In this document: one piece after another, positions 55,882 to 64,000 of the stretch | How the letters are laid out: each line of letters opens with the position of its first letter | Numbering within the stretch: the first letter of the stretch is position 1 | DNA from: the human T2T-CHM13v2.0 reference genome, Homo sapiens | Assembly (NCBI RefSeq): GCF_009914755.1 | Contig: NC_060945.1 | Reading direction: 5' to 3' (one strand) | Length of the DNA stretch: 64,000 nucleotides | Notes under the pieces: model-generated | Database searches by the model: none | Told to the model about the DNA's origin: nothing | Seen by the model: the letters and a program-made list of their open reading frames with translations, nothing else | Made by a program: the position numbers and the translations under genes

Positions 55882-58800
55882 CTGCTTGCTATTAATATTT
55901 TTAATTTAATTTTCCTGTTGTGTCTCTCCCAAGATTGTGAGTTTCCCTGAGGACAAGGACAGTATCTTGCTTATTTCTGCGTCTCTTGGACTTCAGAGGA
56001 ACTTAATAAATATTTATGGACCACCTTATTGCATATTTTGGCCCCTTTCATACAGGAACAAGGTCTGTTTATTTGCTTTGCTCAATGGGCAACTTGCTGT
56101 GGGGGCTGGCTTCGTTTTCAAAATTCTGCTTCTCATTGGGAAAGGTAGAATAATTGGAGGTGTGGAGATGGGTGAGGTGCACTTTTTACCCTGAATGCTC
56201 TGTAGCCCTTGAAATTTTAATAATCAGCATGTGTTTATGTATTACTTTTGTAATAAAACAAGTTCTTGAAATGATGCTGTTCATACAAATATCAGTTGAG
56301 GGAAGCAAGATGACCTTTTATTGGTAAGGTTTTTTTTTCCCCGTGATTTTCTCCAGGGCCTAGACTCAAAAAATCCTTCCAGAAGGCCATCACATCTCTC
56401 TCCATTTCGTAAATGTGTCTAACTAGGCAACATCTAAGGGACGGCACACAGATTAGGAATTTTATGTGGGCTATAATAGGGGATCATTTGTAACCGCCTG
56501 GAGTCATTTGCAATATTATTTCAGCTGTGTGTGGATTTCAGTTAGTTTTGAGAATCCTTCTGTCACACCAAGATGTTCATGGAAAACCATTTGATGTGTT
56601 TTCTCCTCTCGTTTTTCCCTGGGAAAGGGGGCCAGAAACCATGTTTATCCTAGGACCCAAAAGAGGAAAAGGCCACGTCCCTCCACCCCTAAAGAAAACG
56701 CTTTTATTTGAAATGTCTTTTCCATTTACCCTACTTTGAATAATGGAGTTTTTAAACTCACTTGTTTTTCTAAATATTAAATTTTCAAAGGAAGAATATT
56801 TTTGAGTTCAAAATGCCTATTTCAAATCTTTAATGGTTCTCTTGGTCTGGCATTCACCAGCAAGTTTTAAAGCAGCCTCCCATGGGTCAATTTGATGGCT
56901 AAAAAGATGATTCCAAGCCAACATCATTGGCACATAATGTAAAGAAGACTCTCCCCACAAAACTTTTGCTTTTCATTGTGTTCTGCAGTGGCCATCAGGG
57001 CCATCCCCCTGTCTCCAGGCAGGGTGGTAGGTGGACCTGCGAGAGGTGGAATTTGGTGGGGGCAAGCAGCCCAGACTTGCCCAGCGCTTCCCCTGACCTC
57101 CAAGCTCCATCAGCTCTGACTTGGGCCTTGCAAAGTGTTTGGACCAGAGGCCAACGCTACCTGGAGCAGGAGGCCACGCAGCAGCCCTCCAGCTTGTCCC
57201 CAACTGGCCCCAGGCTCCTGGGATTCTTGGACAAATGGCCCAAATTTACCCTGAACCTTCTGCTGTTGCTCTGGCTCTGAGCTTCTTCACAACCTGCACC
57301 GTGTAAAACTTGAAGACTCAGAAGAGCTTCTGAAATCCAAAGCAAGCCAGGACTTTTCCCCATAGGTCCTTCTTTCCGATTCCTCATCATTCTACGCGTG
57401 TCTGCTGGTCCCTCGCACCTCCATGCTGCAGACTGGAACTCTGGTCGGGTTGTCAGTTTCAAGTAACACTAGTGTTTCTCAACAGGGTGCTCGTCTATTG
57501 GCATTTGGGGTGGGCAGTTCTGTGTCCTGCATGTTGTGGGTCATTTAGCAGCCCTGGCCAGCCTGCCAGATTCTACTATGACAACCAAGAACACACTCTC
57601 AGCCCTGGGACTGGAGTGGGATGCAGTGCAAACCTCAGCCTTTGGGGAGTGGGGACAGTACTGACCTCAACATGGTGGGGAAGAGCACCACCTTCAGCGG
57701 AGGGTGGGGCAGTAGCACCGCCTGCTGAGGACCACCAGTCCCCCAGGTTCTTCGCTATGCCCTGGAGGGCAGGAGTCTCTCCTCTTCTGTCCTGAATCCC
57801 CAGCACCCAGAGTGGTTAGTCCTAGCCTCATAGTAGGACATCAGTAAATATTTGCCCAATGAATGAATAAGATCTATGAACAGTCTTCAAAAGGGCCTGT
57901 GAACCCAATGAAAGTGTGCCCTAAAGGTGTGCATTGTACACATGTATTCGCTGCAGCAAGAACCCATAACTTCCCTCAGATTCTTCAAGGCAACTGTGGG
58001 GCATCCTTAAAGGGACATTCAGAAAACTGGTCCAGCCAGTGGCCACTACGGGCCTGATGTTTCTGTAGCTGCAAACATCACCGCACCGTGTTTGTGCAGT
58101 GACTTTTAGAGCTACCACTCTGTGTCAATATTCTAATCTCCCTGCAGAAGGGACCATCCTGAACGCTCCAGGGACTCTGCTTCCGTGAGAGGGCATCCAA
58201 GTTGCCTAATGCAGGGGCTGCATTCAGCCCTTCAACAAGAAATGGCCTGAGGCCCGGGCCCTTTCACTCACTCACAGGAGAGTGGGGTAAAAAGAGGGCA
58301 GGAACAAGATATGTTTCCCCCCAAACTCGAGTGTTTCTTGGGTGACCTTCCCAATAAAAGTCAAAGAACTCGGAGACATCACTCAGCTTGCCACAAACCC
58401 AAGCTCACACAGCAGCTTGGCTGAACTGAATGAGTGAGCCCCGTGGCCTGCCTCCTTCCTGAGAGTTCATTGTTGGTGCAGCTGTTTTAATAAAAGACAA
58501 TCTATGCCCTGAGGCAGGAAGAACAGTTGGGCCAAACCCGTGGCTGAGCAGAGGGCTCAAGCTCAGACACATCTGCAGACCTGTGCAAAAGTGCGAGCTC
58601 ACCTTGCAGCCCTGGAGAATTCTGCTTGACCTCAGGGCAGGGGACTCTGAGTGAGGTCGAGGGTGTTGATATAATGATGACTCATTTCTGCTGCTTTCCC
58701 AGCATTCTCCTGCTGGTCTTGGGTTGTTCCTGTCCCAGCAAGAGAAGCTACAGCATCCAGAAAGGACAATTGGCCCAGAGAACGGACAAAACCAAGGGCT

Positions 58801-60048
58801 GGAAGCACCACAACCCGAGAGTTAACCTCTAAAGCAGCAAAGCATTTGCCAAGAAATCTCTGATATCATTTGGCCCAGAGGGATCATACAATTTGCAGAA
58901 GCTTTCAGCATATAGGCTAGATCAGTCATGACCCCAGATAACTCCCTTGAGAGAAGATGGAAACTCGAGGAACCCCTGCTAGGCCAGAGCAGGCTTCTTG
59001 AACATTAGTGCGCCAAAAAACAATCCTCTGGAGAGCTTGTTACATCACAGATACCCAGCCCCCAACTCCAGAGTCACTTCAGCCGGGGCATCTCTAGCAA
59101 GCTCCTAGGTGACGCTGATGCTGCCAGCCTGGGGACCACGCTTTGACAACCACTGGTCCCCAGCAGGGGGTTTTGCACTGTGCTCCATTGTGCCCCCTTG
59201 AGGGGAACAGAAGGGATGGGAAGAACAAGTAAAGGGGATTCAGCCCGGACTCTCCCACCTACATTCGGGACACCTCTGGGTCTGTCTTCCAAGTCTGGCT
59301 TCTGTGATTAAATAAAGAACCTCTGATAAAAAAGAGAGGTGGGTCCAGGCCTGCACATGGGATGCTCCCAAGAACCAAGCCTCCCTCCTGCTCATTCCAG
59401 TGTGTCTGGGGCAGGAGGCTCAAATGTTCAAACAAAACCCCAAATAACAAGCTAAGTGGGCAGAGTCATGAGTGAGCCCCACTTCCAGTGCAGGCACCAT
59501 CTCAGGGCAGTGGAGTGGCCCTTCCCGTCGGGCAGCCTTGGCCTCCATGATGGTCTTGTGCCAGGCTCTCTGCAGTGGGAAGGACTACCCTCTCTGTGGC
59601 AAGCATGCTGCTCAGCTGCCCCAGGGGCCAGGCAGCAGCCTTGTCCAGGAGAGTGTGCCCAGTGCTGTCTGGAGGCACCCTGCATCTGCCTGGTCCCCAG
59701 GACCATCAGAGCCTCAGCACAGCCACCTCATCCTCCACAAACCAACCTCGACATGGATAACCCATGGCCTCCTGGAGCTCGGGGATAGAGCACAGCCTCT
59801 GCAGCCCAAGTCTCAGGGTTTGGCTCTTGCCTTCACCACTTCCAAGCTGAGAGACCTGGGGCCAGTCAACCTGTGTAAACCTCGGTGTCCTCGTCTGTGA
59901 AATGGGGATAATTCTAGTATAATACTTGAGCATTAAATGCAGTTCACCACCTGACATGGTGTGAGCCCTCCAGAGTTTTGGCCAATCGTCATTAAGTGTT
60001 TTGTTTTCACATTATTTTCGTGTTTCTGATGAAGCAGGAGTGTGCCGC

Positions 60049-60420
60049 CTGTATCAGTTTCTAGGGTGCCCTAACAAACGACCACAAACGGGGGGACTTA
60101 AAACAATAAGAATTTATTGCCATACATTCCTGGAGGCCGGAAGTCTAAAATGGAAGATGCTGGCAGGTGCCAGCCTCACTCTGAGGGCTCGGGGTGTGTC
60201 TTGGTTTGGAAACACATCACTCCAGGTTCTGCCTGTCTGTCTCTGTCTTCTTCTCATAAGGACACTGATCATATAGGGTCAGGACCCAACCCTGAGTATG
60301 ACTTTATCTTAATTTGATTATATATGAAAAGACTATTTCCAAATAAGGTAACGTTCACAGGTACCAGGGGGTAGGGCTTCCACATATTACTGGGGAGGAC
60401 ACATTTCAGCCCATGACCCC
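60049..60420 (-). mobile_element. MLT1 (B/C-like) MaLR solo LTR
   Basis: tgtatcagtttctaggg..accacaaac..ggacttaaaacaa..tatttccaaataaggtaacgttcacaggtac..ggacacatttcagccc. Confidence 0.75.
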
Positions 60421-60531
60421 ACTGGACTGGAGCAAGCCCTCAGGGCCCAGCAGCCACGAGGATCTTCCGTGTGAAGTTGTGTGGGCTTCCCCAGACTGTG
60501 CTAAGTTCTCCCAAATGGTTGTGTTTTCCAG

Positions 60532-60653
60532 GGTGTTCAGACTTACATCTCTTGGATATGTTGACCCCAACTGAAAGAAAGCGACAAGGATACATCCACG
60601 AGCTCATTGTCACCGAGGAGAACTATGTGAATGACCTGCAGCTGGTCACAGAG
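60532..60653 (+). CDS. ITSN1: ITSN1 exon 31: first long-isoform exon, start of DH domain ([41 protein letters not shown])
   Basis: gtgttttccag acceptor, GAG|gtaagg donor; 122 nt; T|GG gives Trp with exon 29; ELIxTExxYV Dbl-homology motif. Confidence 0.96.
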
Positions 60654-62481
60654 GTAAGGGAGCTGGTGGGGCAGGGGGCACGGCAGGGGGCGATGACGGA
60701 GGGAGAGGGGAGGGTTCCGTCAAGGAGGTCTATGTCCTGATTCTGAGCCCAAGAAACTTTCTGATGTTTGAGGAGCATCTGGATGGCAAATGCTATAGGA
60801 GATTGCGACCGCAGAGACGGTTCGTTGCTTATCCATGGCCAACATTGAGTCATTCCCACAGAGGGACAGAGATCACTTAGCCAAGGGCAAGTGAGTCCCT
60901 GAGCAGTTGATGGATGGAGTCATGTGAACTGAGAGTCTGGAGTCCACGCTCTACTCAGAGCAGCTGCAGCTCAGCCACCAACCAGGAGGTGCCATGGAGC
61001 CAGCCACGCCGCCCTCCTGGCCCGCAGTGTTGGCATCTGGAAATGGGGGGCCATCTGGCCGCTGTCTCGAGTCATTCCTGCCATATGTTACCCTGAGACA
61101 AACCTGTCACTGAGAATGGCAACGTTTCCTCCCAGGCCCCCACAAAAGCCCCTGACCTGAGTGATGCCTCCTCATCTTGTCAGTCCTCCCAGAAGGGCCC
61201 TGGCCACCTCATCCAGAACTATGGGGAGATGCGGAGCCCGGCGCTCCTGCTGCTCAGCAGGCCTTTTGTCCACGTCCATGGGAAGATGCCATATTGGGAG
61301 ACAGGGATTTGCAGAGATGGACCTGCAGTTTGGAGAGTGCTGTGGTAGTCTGGCAACCACCACACCAAACGGGTGTGAAACCATCTTGTCTGATAGTCTT
61401 AACATCCAGGAAAGACGCAGCAGGGCTCGCCGCTGTTGGAGGAGTACAGGGTGGGTTGTTAGCTGCAGGACCACCATTAATACTTAGGAAGCATTGATGC
61501 AAACTCAAAAAGGTGCCCCTTTCTCAAGGTGTTTGACTGTTATTAAATATGCAGTTCAGGATGTCCAGGGTGCAAGTGTCACTCCTTAGATATGGCTCCT
61601 TTTTGCACTCTGCAAAACGCACCACCATATGTGGTTGCCCTGGTACATGCCGGGTTCAACGTCGGCTTAAGGACTCCTGTGGAATAGGACTCCCAGGGAG
61701 CAGCCGCAGCCCAGCCAAGTTTATGTCGAAGATGGGCTGTCCCCTTCCCTAAAGAGCCTTCAGAAGCGCCTCCTGTGGGAGAAAATGACCTCCTTGCAGG
61801 CGGGGGCTTGCAAGTGGAACACGGGGTTCCACTGAGATCTGTGATTTACTGAGAGTTGCTCAACCACACAGAGCTTGGAGGGGCTCATTCATTTTCCAGA
61901 GCCCAGGAGAAGGGCAGCACTCACCCCCTTGTAGCGGGCCTGCAAGTGCTGGGTCTGTCCAGGGTCAGCCCAGGAGGCTGAGGACACAGCGATGGAGTCA
62001 GTCACCGAGGTGGCCACTGGCTTATTAGAGGAGCTGCCGCCTGGGCTGCTCCTCTCAGAAGGCCCTCGGTTTACCTATGCAGATGAAGGGACTGTCCACA
62101 GCCACCGGCACCTTTAAGCCCCGCTTTTCACACCGGTCCAGCCCCTCCCAGTGCGCAGGTGAGACCGCTTAGCCTGCGTGCATGACTTGGTACCGGCCTC
62201 CCTGCTTTTCTGGTGGAGTTAAGACCTGTCTCCTGGAGACTTCAGCTGCCCTCCTTCCCCTGTAAAACAATACAGGCCCTGCTGGGGACCCCCCTCCGGT
62301 TTCCAGGGCAGAGGAGGGGCTCTCTGCTTCAGAAACTGCAGGAAAGCAGGCGTTCACCTCTGGGCCTCTCAGCCAAGGTACAGACACCTGAGCCCTTTCC
62401 CTGCTCTCAGCGCATCGGCGTGTGAGTGTGTGAGTTTTAAGCTAACTGCTTTCTGAACTGCTTCGTTTTCTGCATCTGTAG

Positions 62482-62588
62482 ATTTTTCAAAAACCCCTGA
62501 TGGAGTCTGAGCTGCTGACAGAAAAAGAGGTTGCTATGATTTTTGTGAACTGGAAGGAGCTGATTATGTGTAATATCAAACTACTAAA
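62482..62588 (+). CDS. ITSN1: ITSN1 exon 32: DH domain ([35 protein letters not shown])
   Basis: gctaac branch site, tgcatctgtag acceptor, AA|gtaagc donor; 107 nt; IFxN DH motif. Confidence 0.95.
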
Positions 62589-63811
62589 GTAAGCCTCTCC
62601 TCTAATCCCCAGCCTGGCTTGGCCTCCTCGGCTCTCATGCACTCGCACCTCTGTGGGTCTGTGTGTCCTTCTTGCATGCTGCCCTGTGCTTCTTTCTGGC
62701 TTTTTTTTTTTCTTCTCATTGCCACTCACAAACACCATCACCCTTTTGTGCCTTCATGCTTTCTGGAAACGCACTCCGAATCTCTCATTGCAAGAGTAGG
62801 TTTCCTGGGCACCCCAGAGCCTGCTGTTGGGTGAATTACTGTGGTTGTGAATTTCCAGGGCTAGGGCGACGCTGGCTCCTGATGGTGCTGGCTCCATGCT
62901 GGGGCGTGGGGCTGCCCCCTCTACGCTTTCCCTAGGACGCGGGATCCCATGGGGGATTATTGGTCTTTTGAGGCATTCTTGGCCCTGCAGATGGAAAAAT
63001 GTGGAACTGTTCACTGCCTAACGTCAGCAGTTCCTCAGGATCACTCCGGGAAGCTGGCCCTAGGCTGGTCGTATTTTCTTCCAACTTTAGTTTGCAGAGG
63101 CAGCTCCAGGGCCAGGAGTCAAGAGACCTGGGTTTGGATTCTGACTTACTCACTGCCTTTCCTTTTTGAGCCTTAGTTTCCCCATCTGTAAAATGAAAGG
63201 GTTGGATTCGATCATCACAAAGTCTCTTCCAATTCTTAGAAAAAAAAAAAAGTCAAAAACCAAAATCTGTATCCACCACGCTCTCATTGTAACATCACTT
63301 GCTAGAACACAGATTAAGTCACAGCCTGCAGGGCGCGTGATATTCCCTGCTGGGAGGAAGGGCCACCCACTTCCTGGGCCCGAGGATGGAGGGCAGGCTC
63401 CCAGAGCCTTGCGTCCATTCCTGATCTTCATCCGTGTCATTGGGAAGTCCCCATTTCCTAAATGTGGTCTCTGCATTGTTCTTATAAGGTAATTTCAGGT
63501 CCCCACTTTCCTGAGCGTGTGTTTGGGAGTGGATGGAGGGATGGAGAGGAGGTGTGGAGAGGTGGACATGAAGAAAGATACATAATGTCTGCTGGCTTGG
63601 TGCTCTAGAAGACGAATGATCCAAGGTGACATCAGGCAGGCTTTTAGAGAAGGTCTGGACTCCGTTGCCCGCGCCCCCTGCCACCCGATGCCATGGAAGC
63701 CTTTCGAACTTAGGTCTGGTGTCACACCCTTGGGCTCACATCCGCTATTGCCTCTGGCTGTGTGTCTTCTGGCAGGTCACTTTGGTCCCTGGGCCTCAGT
63801 GTTCTCGTCTA

Positions 63812-64000
<189 letters not shown>

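Overview
Human genomic DNA (Alu/L1/L2/MIR/MER-rich, with human-specific AluYb8 copies) from the middle-to-3' part of ITSN1 (intersectin-1), transcribed on the + strand. Reading splice sites and phases by hand gives 14 coding segments in one continuous frame. They run from the end of the coiled-coil region through SH3A-SH3E into the start of the DH (RhoGEF) domain (exons 18-32 in literature numbering, which I recall rather than derive). The window holds the gene's main isoform switches: the 15-nt neuronal microexon VKGEW in SH3A, alternative terminal exon 22a (116-aa tail), the SH3C cassette (exons 25+26), and the short/long choice, where a split codon becomes T|GA (stop, ITSN1-S) or T|GG (Trp, ITSN1-L). 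Almost all other ORFs in the track are repeat-derived or spurious. I found no separate new gene, RNA gene or prokaryote-like system. The best leads are RNA-processing ones: exon 22a looks like an exonised LINE-2 with its own poly(A) signal; a dense YCAY/UGCAUG cluster and a template-strand G4 surround the ITSN1-S terminal exon; there are candidate poison or terminal exons; a hidden GIICCPSPPQA tail lies behind the split stop; and two inverted AluY elements share one target site.
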